A stretch of 64,000 nt of DNA from an uncultured Eubacterium sp. (GCA_910584595.1 CAJUBQ010000011.1:17974-81973), one strand, 5' to 3'. Shown: positions 54,360-62,294, numbered from the stretch's first letter. The notes: generated from the letters alone by a model not told the origin. Numbers and translations are program-made.

Positions 54360-54783
54360 GAAGGGTTCTCAGCGTGAGAAGCTGACAACAAACTTTCTGC
54401 GAAGACAACAGTTTGACAACAATTTTCTTTTTTCCCTGATGTAATACGAAGCATTGTGAAGAATGGGGAAGCAAGGAAATGAAAGGATTTGAACCGATAT
54501 GATGGCATGTAAGTTGGGTGGAAAACTTTTCCCCACGATGAAGTCATTGGATAAATAAAGCCAGTAAAATCAAGGGTTTGCGGTACTCGAAGTTGTGAAC
54601 TACAACAAATTTACAACAAATTTACAACGCATAATGAAGAGTAATGAGCGTTAATGAATAGTTGTACTCATAAATCCAATTTAATATTTTGTACTATAAG
54701 GACATTTTTCTAAAAGAAAATTTTAGGAAAGTGTCCTTTTTTGTTATGGTCAGCAAAATAAAATAAGAAATGGAGGAAAAAAC

Positions 54784-55257
54784 ATGAGTAGTACAGCGTT
54801 AGGAGCAAAAGCTCCAAAAAACCAAAATATTATATTTATCAGCGAAGCACATGAAAAATTCTACTATGAAAAATTAAAAGAGGTAAGGTATCAGGATGTG
54901 TACCACAAGGCACTTTGCTATTGTCTTGGTATAAGCGATGATACAAGAAGAAATATTTATCAGATTTATGATTTTAAGACAGGATGTGTAAAAACAGAAT
55001 GCCTGCATGAAGGATGGCAGACCAGCGGAAGTGTGAAAGTGGTAAGGATGGCATTTAACCTTTACTGCAATGGGACACCAAGTGTCTCCGATTATGAAGA
55101 TGCAGAAGAACAAATAAACGAGTGCAGACAGTATACGGTGGAGGAGTTATTCTGCTGTGCCTATGCACCATATTTTTGGCAGGCAATACAGATTCGTTAT
55201 CCGGAGTACGCAACTTACAACCGGGAATTGTATGCCTTATTTGGAGGACAGGATTGA
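54784..55257 (+). CDS. DUF6075-like protein
   Basis: FISEAHEKFYYEKL...YHKALCYCLGISDDTRRNI...WQTSGS..VVRMAFNLY fits the DUF6075 pattern (recalled). Confidence 0.55.
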   Translation: MSSTALGAKAPKNQNIIFISEAHEKFYYEKLKEVRYQDVYHKALCYCLGISDDTRRNIYQIYDFKTGCVKTECLHEGWQTSGSVKVVRMAFNLYCNGTPSVSDYEDAEEQINECRQYTVEELFCCAYAPYFWQAIQIRYPEYATYNRELYALFGGQD

Positions 55258-55436
55258 TGTTAAAAGTCAGATTGATGGGAACAAAGAATGATATTAAATG
55301 GTTTGGAAAGATTTTACAGAGAAATTCTAAAATTGAAGTAACAGAATTTTCAGACTTATATACAAACAAAGGAACTAAGAAATTTTACAGGGCTTATGTG
55401 GAAATAAAAAAAAGTAATGTAAAAGAAAAACAGTAG
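55257..55436 (+). CDS. DUF3970-like small protein
   Basis: ATG overlaps the upstream stop (TGATG). MLKVRLMGTKNDIKWFGKIL... A second copy lies at 62096-62275. Confidence 0.5.
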   Translation: MLKVRLMGTKNDIKWFGKILQRNSKIEVTEFSDLYTNKGTKKFYRAYVEIKKSNVKEKQ

Positions 55437-55456
55437 AAAGCAGAGGAGAATTTATC

Positions 55457-56242
55457 ATGTGTAGAGTAATCGCAATCGCAAACCAGAAAGGCGGAGTCGG
55501 CAAGACTACTACCACAAGCAATTTAGGAATCGGGCTGGCAAAACAGGGAAAGAAGGTGCTTCTGATTGATGCGGACGCACAGGGCAGTCTGACCGCAAGT
55601 TTAGGCTTTACAGAGCCGGACAGTCTGGAAGTCACGCTTGCAACCATTATGGGGAACTTAATCAATGACGAGGAAATAGAGCCGGGAGAAGGTATCCTCC
55701 ACCATGAGGAAGGGATAGACTTAATGCCGGGGAACATTGAGCTTTCCGGTCTGGAAGTTTCCCTTGTGAATGCCATGAGCCGGGAAACGGTACTCCGGTC
55801 ATACATAGAGATTGTCAGGGAGAACTACGATTACATCTTAATTGACTGTATGCCTTCCCTCGGCATGATTAACATAAACGCCTTTGCCAGCGCCGACAGC
55901 ATATTGATACCCGTACAGGCGGCATACCTGCCCGTCAAAGGCTTGCAGCAGCTTATCAAGACGGTCGGTAAAGTAAAGCGGCAGATTAACCCGAAACTGG
56001 AAATAGAGGGGATTCTGCTTACAATGGTGGACAGCCGGACGAACTACGCAAAGGACATCAGCTCCATGCTGAAGGAAGCCTATGGAAGCCGGGTGAGGAT
56101 ATTTGCCAATGTTATTCCCATTTCCGTCCGGGCGGCGGAGATTTCAGCGGAGGGCATCAGCATTTATAAGCATGATCCAAAGGGAAAAGTGGCGTCAGCC
56201 TATGATTCTCTGACAAAGGAGGTGCTTGCAGATGGGCAGTAA
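55457..56242 (+). CDS. parA: ParA-family partition ATPase
   Basis: Deviant Walker A NQKGGVGKTTT, LLIDADAQGS and ILIDCMPSLG. Confidence 0.9.
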   Translation: MCRVIAIANQKGGVGKTTTTSNLGIGLAKQGKKVLLIDADAQGSLTASLGFTEPDSLEVTLATIMGNLINDEEIEPGEGILHHEEGIDLMPGNIELSGLEVSLVNAMSRETVLRSYIEIVRENYDYILIDCMPSLGMININAFASADSILIPVQAAYLPVKGLQQLIKTVGKVKRQINPKLEIEGILLTMVDSRTNYAKDISSMLKEAYGSRVRIFANVIPISVRAAEISAEGISIYKHDPKGKVASAYDSLTKEVLADGQ

Positions 56243-56678
56243 CACTAAATCGGGGAGCGCAGCAAAGATTACGCTGGAAAAATTTGATGATTTGTTTGGC
56301 GGGAGTGCCGCACAGGGAAGCGGGGCGGAGCAGATTATCAATGCGCCGCTGGCAGAGCTTTATACATTCAAAGACCACCCTTTCCGGGTGGAGGACGATG
56401 AGAAGATGGAGGAAACAACAGAGAGTATCCGGCAGTACGGGGTGCTTGTGCCGGGGATTGCAAGACCGAGGGCGGGCGGCGGCTATGAAATCATAGCCGG
56501 ACACCGCCGCAAACGTGGCTCGGAGCTTGCCGGAAAGACGGAGATGCCTGTGATTGTCCGTAATTACACCGATGATGAAGCTACAATTATCATGGTGGAT
56601 TCCAATATCCAGCGGGAGGATGAACGGTATCCCAAGCATCGGCATCAATATCCATACAGAGGGGACAGAAAGCTATGA
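56232..56678 (+). pseudogene. parB: ParB N-terminal domain gene, 3'-truncated
   Basis: ParB/Srx box YEIIAGHRRKRGSELAG is present. Similarity stops after VDSNIQRED, then unrelated residues and a stop follow. Confidence 0.6.
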
Positions 56679-56688
56679 GGACACGCAG

Positions 56689-57336
56689 ATGGATATTGTT
56701 TCGGGCAGAGTTGCGGATTTGGAGATTCTGGACTATGTGCCGGATATTACGGACAATCCGAAGGCGGTGGAGGTCATTGCGGAGCTGATCGACAAGCTGC
56801 CGGATATAGAGGTCAGGGGTTCTCTGGAGAAGTGGCAGGCGGCTTTCCTTGCTGCGGAGATAGACCAGCTTTCCTACAACTACGACACTGTTCAGTACAA
56901 TCAGACAGTGGAGGACAGGGAAGCGCAGATAGCGAACATCACAGAGGACATCAGGAACGGGAATACCGGGTATCTGAATGACTTCCTCAATGCGCTCATT
57001 TCAGACAGTATCCGGGAAGGCATGACGGATATTTTCGGGAAAGGGACGGAGCTTGATGACAGTGAGGGCGTACAGACCGCAAGGAAGGCGAAGGAGCTGT
57101 TAGATAAGCTGGCGGAATACAAGCCGCTTGCAAAGATTGAGGAACTGGAAGAATGTAACTATAACATGATTGATAACGTCCTGAACAATGAGAAGCCAAA
57201 AGAAGAAAAGCAAGCAGGCAGAATTTCCATAAAGGAAAAACTGGCGGAGAAAAAAGCGGTCATCGAGCAGAGGGATAAGTCAGATAAGGAAGTCCCTGAA
57301 AAGGGAACAGAGAAAAAATCAGAGAGGGAGATATAA
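56689..57336 (+). CDS. fragment-like ORF resembling an internal/C-terminal part of a large ICE polyvalent protein
   Basis: Acidic and helical, with EIDQLSYNYDTVQYNQTVEDRE and ECNYNMIDNVLNNEKP segments seen in large clostridial ICE proteins (recalled). No convincing RBS. Confidence 0.3.
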   Translation: MDIVSGRVADLEILDYVPDITDNPKAVEVIAELIDKLPDIEVRGSLEKWQAAFLAAEIDQLSYNYDTVQYNQTVEDREAQIANITEDIRNGNTGYLNDFLNALISDSIREGMTDIFGKGTELDDSEGVQTARKAKELLDKLAEYKPLAKIEELEECNYNMIDNVLNNEKPKEEKQAGRISIKEKLAEKKAVIEQRDKSDKEVPEKGTEKKSEREI

Positions 57337-57339
57337 GCG

Positions 57340-57462
57340 ATGGATAAATTTACAGTGGAAGAAATCAATTTGATGTGTGTGTTTGAGGGGCAGGTTTTAG
57401 GGAAACTGGAAACCATGAGCGATGCGGAATTTGCAGAGGTGGCATTGGAAGCGGCGGAGTGA
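57340..57462 (+). CDS. shortened transposon-transfer-assisting-protein-like ORF (40 aa)
   Basis: MDKFTVEEINLMC matches the TTAP N-terminus (recalled), but the product is only 40 aa long. Confidence 0.4.
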   Translation: MDKFTVEEINLMCVFEGQVLGKLETMSDAEFAEVALEAAE

Positions 57463-57579
57463 TTAACGCAAATCTTTTATAGCATTATTCGACATAACGT
57501 GCTATAATTCTCTTAGTCAGATTAGAGCGAGTAGGGATAGTCTGCGGTTGTCCTTTCTGGAAACGGAAAGGAGGTCGGT

Positions 57580-57663
57580 ATGAACACACTTGAGATACTT
57601 ACACTGCTGTTGGTCATTTTCGCAGCATTAACATACTTAGACAACAGAAACAACCGCAAGTAA
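57580..57663 (+). CDS. 27-aa hydrophobic peptide, type I toxin-like (holin-like/Fst-like)
   Basis: GGAAAGGAGG lies 6 nt upstream. The product is MNTLEILTLLLVIFAALTYLDNRNNRK, one TM helix plus a basic tail. TGcTATAAT at 57500-57508. The SD can pair with TCCTTTC at 57551-57557. Confidence 0.5.
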   Translation: MNTLEILTLLLVIFAALTYLDNRNNRK

Positions 57664-57669
57664 CGGAAA

Positions 57670-57701
57670 AGGCTATCCTCTACTGCAATAGAGGATAGCC
57701 T
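57670..57701. terminator. 13-bp perfect hairpin, candidate bidirectional terminator
   Basis: AGGCTATCCTCTA-N6-TAGAGGATAGCCT. On the minus strand it is followed by TTTTCC. Confidence 0.5.
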
Positions 57702-57989
57702 GTAATCCGTTGATTTTTAACGCATTATAAGTTTCCGATTGTACAACCGTCGGACGTTCCAATATCCTTCGGGTTCTAAGATGATTATAAACCAACACTG
57801 CGAATTTTGCAAGAGGGTTTAGGAAATGGGGGTGCTTCGGCACTCCTATTTTTTGCGGATTTGTAGATTATCTTACATGAAAACGGTCTTGTCTGCAAGA
57901 AATTTTTCTGATTTTATAAATAGATAGGAAGGAAAGAGTGGGATTCCGCCGCAGCCGGCATTGTGGGCAGTGTGTATAACTCTCTGTCT

Positions 57990-58690
57990 TATGGATTGAC
58001 ATCATTCCCCGTGAGGAATGGGAAGTCCTTGAGGGCTGCCATGAAGCCACCGTAAGCCCGGAGGACTGGGAGAAGGTGCAGGAACTGATTGACCGCCGCC
58101 CTCCCATCATGGAGGGGAACGCCTGCCCCTTCTATAACCTGTTCCACGGCATTATCTACTGCGCCACCTGCGGGAAGTCCATGCAGGTACGCTATGAGAA
58201 GGTAGGCAGAACCGGGAAGAACCGCTTTACCGGCGAGGAACGGGAGCCGATAGACAAGGCGTATTATATCTGCCAGACGTATAACCGGCTGGGGAAGAAC
58301 TCCTGCACCAGCCATAAAGTGGAAGCAAGGAACCGGGAGATTGATGATATGTTTTTGAACCTGTATACCGACAAGGCAAAGGGAATACTGTCAGAGCAGC
58401 GGTTTGTGAAGCTGACGGCGGCGATGGAACGGGAACAGGAGGAAAACCAGAAACAGTTGAAGGAATTGACACTCTCCCTGCGCCACTCCAATGAGCAGGA
58501 AAGTGATGTCCGTACCTTTATCCGGGAAATCCGGCAGTACGCCACGGTACAGGAACTGGACGAGGGTATCTTAAACCGCCTTATCAGCCGGATTCTGGTG
58601 GGGGAGGTGAAAAAGGTTGACGGGGAGAAGTTTCAGGAAATCAAAATCATTTATAACTTTGTCGGGGAGATACCGGCGGTAACAGAATAA
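57990..58690 (+). pseudogene. 3' fragment of a large serine recombinase gene
   Basis: The frame opens after a TAA at 57977 with no usable N-terminus. It contains the zinc-ribbon recombinase segment CATCGKSM...YYICQTY...CTSH and a coiled-coil tail. No catalytic resolvase domain is present. Confidence 0.7.
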
Positions 58691-58836
58691 TGGCAAATGC
58701 CCTTCTCTCTTTCCGGGGGAAGGGTTTTCTTTTTGTCCGTACACGAAAAAGAAGCCGGGGTTCCTGCTCTCCGGCTTCCAGAATAAACTGGAAGTTGTCA
58801 TTCTGACATTAAGCCAGTTACAATACAACCTGCATA

Positions 58837-59328
58837 TTACATCACATGAACATCCAAAAATATGGGGTTCATCGTGTTTGCATCCGTAAATAAAAACTCC
58901 ATCTGCAAAGTCAGGTCATTTAATTCACCATCCGTAGTCAAAGCATAATCAGCAGAAAATCCCCTGCCATCCCTATATAAAATGCAAGAAAGCTGATGAT
59001 ACTCATACTGTGGATGAAAATCACAGGGAACACCAAATTTATCCATATACGGCAGTTCATTCAGTTCCAGAAAACCATCCACCGCTTCCTGTAAATCCTC
59101 AACTGACCATGTTGACATTTCTTCCGTATTAGGGTCAACTGGCCATGAGGCCATCTCAACAATCTCAAAGACTTCACTGTACTTTCTTTCTGCAAGCAAA
59201 TCCACTACTTTCTTCACAGTGGGTTCGGCAAGATGGGGCAATTCCCCTTTTTCCAATTCTTTGATATCCTCTAAGGTGTACTTTCTCTCATTCAGCATGT
59301 TTACTATTTTAGCTATCGTTTCTTCCAT
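58837..59328 (-). CDS. hypothetical protein (immunity-protein-like context)
   Basis: ATG 59328 is 9 nt after AGGAGG. 163 aa, acidic. No family recognised. Confidence 0.45.
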   Translation of the reverse strand: MEETIAKIVNMLNERKYTLEDIKELEKGELPHLAEPTVKKVVDLLAERKYSEVFEIVEMASWPVDPNTEEMSTWSVEDLQEAVDGFLELNELPYMDKFGVPCDFHPQYEYHQLSCILYRDGRGFSADYALTTDGELNDLTLQMEFLFTDANTMNPIFLDVHVM

Positions 59329-59413
59329 ACGTATCATCCTCCTAAATCCCGATTTTCCAGTATGACAAACTGGAATTGAATTATTTTTCTTCCGAAATAA
59401 AATGCTGATCATG

Positions 59414-59812
59414 TCACAAACTATAAAACTCATAGTTTACAGTTACATGGTTTATCTTCTCATATTCCGGTTCCAAAGAACCACAAAAGTACCATTCCAA
59501 AAATGTGCGAAAATTGGAAGCAACACACTTACCGTGTAAAATTCCATCTGAGTCACAATAATAATCCCAAAAACCTCCATATTTCAAAAAAACAACCGGA
59601 CAGTCCTTGCCGTCTGATTGGCTTAAATCTAAACAATACCAGCCGTCCATATATCCGATTGGGAACAAGTTCTTATAGATTTCTTCTCGGAGGGGAGTTT
59701 CGCAATCTTCAAATTCCTCCCGAAAACATTCCAGGTTCTCTGACCAGTCAGAAACATTATCTGTCAGGTCATAAAAATCTATTGTATCGATTTTGATTTC
59801 TTTATTCTCATC
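59414..59812 (-). pseudogene. SMI1/KNR4 (SUKH)-like gene lacking its 5' end
   Basis: FPIGYMDGWYCLDLSQSDGKDCPVVFL... resembles the SUKH C-terminal half. The frame is open up to 59845 but contains no ATG/GTG/TTG upstream of 59668. Confidence 0.45.
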
Positions 59813-59815
59813 ATC

Positions 59816-60088
59816 ATGTCTGTTGCTGCATCTCTGATTGTTCCGTTATTATGGACTGGAATCTGTCTGCCATTAACCTATTGGTTTGGTTTCCGTTCTG
59901 CGCAGACAATGGGGCTTATTACAGTTATTCCTATGTTCTATTTTGTTAAGTATTTTGAAGACGGGGCTGGATTTTCTGTTATGACAAGTTCCATACTCTC
60001 TTATGCTGTTGTGGCAGGGATTGCAGTAATTGTCCTCTTTATAGTTTCAATGGTAGTAAGCATGATAGGTTATAGCAGAAAAAAATAA
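59816..60088 (+). CDS. hypothetical membrane protein (possibly a gene fragment)
   Basis: 90 aa with three hydrophobic segments. No clear RBS. Confidence 0.3.
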   Translation: MSVAASLIVPLLWTGICLPLTYWFGFRSAQTMGLITVIPMFYFVKYFEDGAGFSVMTSSILSYAVVAGIAVIVLFIVSMVVSMIGYSRKK

Positions 60089-60128
60089 AAGCTGAAACCA
60101 TGCGCCGCCCCGTGAGGGAGGTATCAGA

Positions 60129-60368
60129 ATGGATGATGAGGTAATCAGATATAAAAAAATATTGGAAGCAAGAAGCGCTGACAAACCGATATGGGAGAAA
60201 AAATGTCTTTCTATTGAGGAGGCGGCAGCATATTCCGGTATCGGGATAACGAAGCTCAGGCAATTATCACGGCAAAAGAAATGCCCGTTTGTAATGCCGC
60301 TTGGCAATCAGGTCTTTATTGTTCGGGAAAAACTTGACAGATACATTAAGGACAGGGACAGAATTTAA
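60129..60368 (+). CDS. xis: excisionase-family DNA-binding protein
   Basis: CLSIEEAAAYSGIGITKLRQLSR...FVMPLGNQVFIVREKLDRYI is a Tn916 Xis-like HTH. RBS GAGGGAGG upstream. Confidence 0.65.
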   Translation: MDDEVIRYKKILEARSADKPIWEKKCLSIEEAAAYSGIGITKLRQLSRQKKCPFVMPLGNQVFIVREKLDRYIKDRDRI

Positions 60369-60380
60369 GGAGGTTCAGCT

Positions 60381-60635
60381 ATGGCGAAAGAAAAACGAAA
60401 AGACAAATCAAGAGTTGTGCTTCGTGTTGGAGAATTCCAGCGAAATGATGGCACTTATCAATATTCTTGGATGGACACAAATCATAAACGGCGTTATGTA
60501 TATGCAAGGTCTTTGGATGATCTTCGTGCTAAGGAGGCACAGATTGAAAAAGATAAGAGCGACGGCATTAAGGCCGAAGCCCGGTACACCACAGTAAATG
60601 AACTTTATGAGTTATGGAAAAGCAATATAATATAG
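60381..60635 (+). pseudogene. 5' fragment (arm-binding domain) of a tyrosine integrase gene
   Basis: RVVLRVGEFQRNDGTYQYSWMDTNHKRRYVYARSLDDLRAKEAQIEKD is a Tn916 Int-type N-terminus. It stops after 84 aa, where an AT-rich TA cassette begins. Confidence 0.65.
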
Positions 60636-60674
60636 TCCTGATGTTTTCGTAATGGGAAGGTTAGAATTTTGCAT

Positions 60675-60719
60675 TTTGTAATGAAAAAGATTGATTTTTT
60701 CATTACAAACGTATATAAT
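60675..60719 (+). promoter_or_regulatory. TA-module promoter overlapped by a 14-bp perfect inverted repeat
   Basis: TTTGTAATGAAAAA (60675-60688) / TTTTTCATTACAAA (60696-60709). TTGATT, a 17-nt spacer, then TATAAT (60714-60719). Confidence 0.55.
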
Positions 60720-60744
60720 AATCTTAGGAAGGAGCGTGATATAA

Positions 60745-61011
60745 ATGGCACAGGCAGTAAATGTAAATTTCCGTATGGATGCAGAACTTAAAAAGAACAT
60801 GGAGCAGGTGTGTGATGACATGGGATTATCCATGACTACCGCATTTACTATTTTTGCAAAAAAAGTAAGCCGTGAACACAGAATTCCTTTTGAGATTACA
60901 GCAGATCCGTTCTATTCTGAGAGCAATATGGCGCATTTGCGGCGGGGAATTGCAGCACTTGATTCCGGCAAGGGAGTAGAGCATGAGCCTCTTTTGGAGG
61001 ATGGCGAATGA
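60745..61011 (+). CDS. type II antitoxin, RelB/DinJ family
   Basis: VNVNFRMDAELKKNMEQVCDDMGLSMTTAFTIFAKKV is the RelB/DinJ RHH pattern. It overlaps the toxin gene (ATGA). Confidence 0.75.
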   Translation: MAQAVNVNFRMDAELKKNMEQVCDDMGLSMTTAFTIFAKKVSREHRIPFEITADPFYSESNMAHLRRGIAALDSGKGVEHEPLLEDGE

Positions 61012-61268
61012 AAAAAATCTGGTTTGAAGAAGCATGGGAGGATTACCTATATTGGCAGTCGCAGGATAAAAAAACACTAAAACGAATCAATGCACTTTTA
61101 AAAGATACGGAAAGAAGTCCGTTTGAAGGAATTGGAAAGCCTGAACCGCTGAAAGGTGAGTTGAGTGGTTTTTGGAGCAGGCGGATTGATGAAACCAATA
61201 GATTTGTCTATCGGGTTGAAAACGGTGTATTAGAGATTTTGTCCTGCCGTGGACATTATAATGATTAA
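61008..61268 (+). CDS. yoeB: type II toxin, Txe/YoeB family
   Basis: WEDYLYWQSQDKKTLKRINALLKD...GIGKPEPLKGELSGFWSRRIDETNRFVYRV...ILSCRGHY. Confidence 0.85.
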   Translation: MKKIWFEEAWEDYLYWQSQDKKTLKRINALLKDTERSPFEGIGKPEPLKGELSGFWSRRIDETNRFVYRVENGVLEILSCRGHYND

Positions 61269-61689
61269 AGACTAAGACTGAATATGTCAGGACTTCTCTT
61301 ATTGTATCAGAAGCATTTACATCATCTACATCAAATTCCACATCATTTACATCATAACGGTACTGATAAATACGGAAAATTAGATGTAGCGAAATGCGAA
61401 AAAAGATGATATAAGAAAGATTGGGGCATTTAAGTAGACTATATCAATATGTCCTAAATCGTCCCGATAATGAAAACGCTTGGCGGAAAAGACCAGTAAA
61501 ATCAAGGGTTTGCGGACTTAAAGACAGTATGGTACGACAAGAGTACGACAAAATAAACGATTTTAAATTAAACTCGTGTCAGTTCAAGTTAATATTTTGT
61601 ACGATAAGGACATTTTTCTAAAAGAAAATTTTAGGGAAGTGTCCTTTTGTTATGGTCAAAAAACAAAATAAGAAATGGAGGAAATGAAC

Positions 61690-62052
61690 ATGAGTAGTAC
61701 AGCGTTAGGAGCAGAGAAAGCGATTATTTTTATCAGCGATGCACATGAAAAATTCTACTACGAAAAATTGAAAGAGGTCAGGTATCAGGACGTATACCAC
61801 AAGGCACTTGTATATTGTCTTGGTATCAGCGATGACACAAGAAGAAATATCAAAAGTATTTATGATTTTAAGACAGGTAACGTAAAAACGGAGTGCCTGC
61901 ATGAAGGCTGGCAGACCAGCGGGAGCTTAAAAGTAGTCAGGATGGCGTTTAACCTTTACTGCAATGGTACGCCAAGTGTCTTTGATTACGATGATGCGGA
62001 GGAACAGGTGGACAAGTGCAGACGGTACAAATTCGTTATCCGGAATATGTAA
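61690..62052 (+). pseudogene. DUF6075-like gene with internal deletion/frameshift
   Basis: Matches copy A up to ...AEEQVDKCR, then loses about 50 nt relative to copy A and terminates early. Confidence 0.6.
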
Positions 62053-62095
62053 CATATAACCACAAGTTGTACGCCATGCTTGGAGGACGGGATTG

Positions 62096-62275
62096 ATGTT
62101 AAAAGTCAGGCTTATGGGAACAAAGAACGATATTAAGTGGTTCGGGAAGATTTTACAGCGTAACCCGAAAATCGAGGTGACGGAGTTTTCCGATATGTTC
62201 CCAAACAAAGGGACAAAGAAATATTACAGGACTTATGTGGAAGTCAGGAAAAGCAACGTAAAAGAAAACCAGTAG
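62096..62275 (+). CDS. DUF3970-like small protein (copy 2)
   Basis: MLKVRLMGTKNDIKWFGKILQRNPKIEVTEFSD... is a close paralog of 55257-55436. Confidence 0.5.
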   Translation: MLKVRLMGTKNDIKWFGKILQRNPKIEVTEFSDMFPNKGTKKYYRTYVEVRKSNVKENQ

Positions 62276-62294
62276 AAAGCAAAGGAGAATTATC

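Larger units (their letters stand above)
54561..55522 (+). repeat. ICE left-end segment, copy A (homologous to 61493-62360)
   Basis: Homology starts at CCAGTAAAATCAAGGGTTTGCGG in both copies. It runs through the DUF6075 and DUF3970 genes into the first 22 codons of parA. Confidence 0.75.

Noticed and set aside
54485-54495. tRNA 3' fragment as the integration target, because GGATTTGAACC is the complement of a T-loop (GGTTCAAATCC)
   Set aside because: The flanking bases do not form a T-stem (ATCGG versus CCTTT), and no acceptor stem or CCA-proximal sequence follows. The resemblance is probably by chance.
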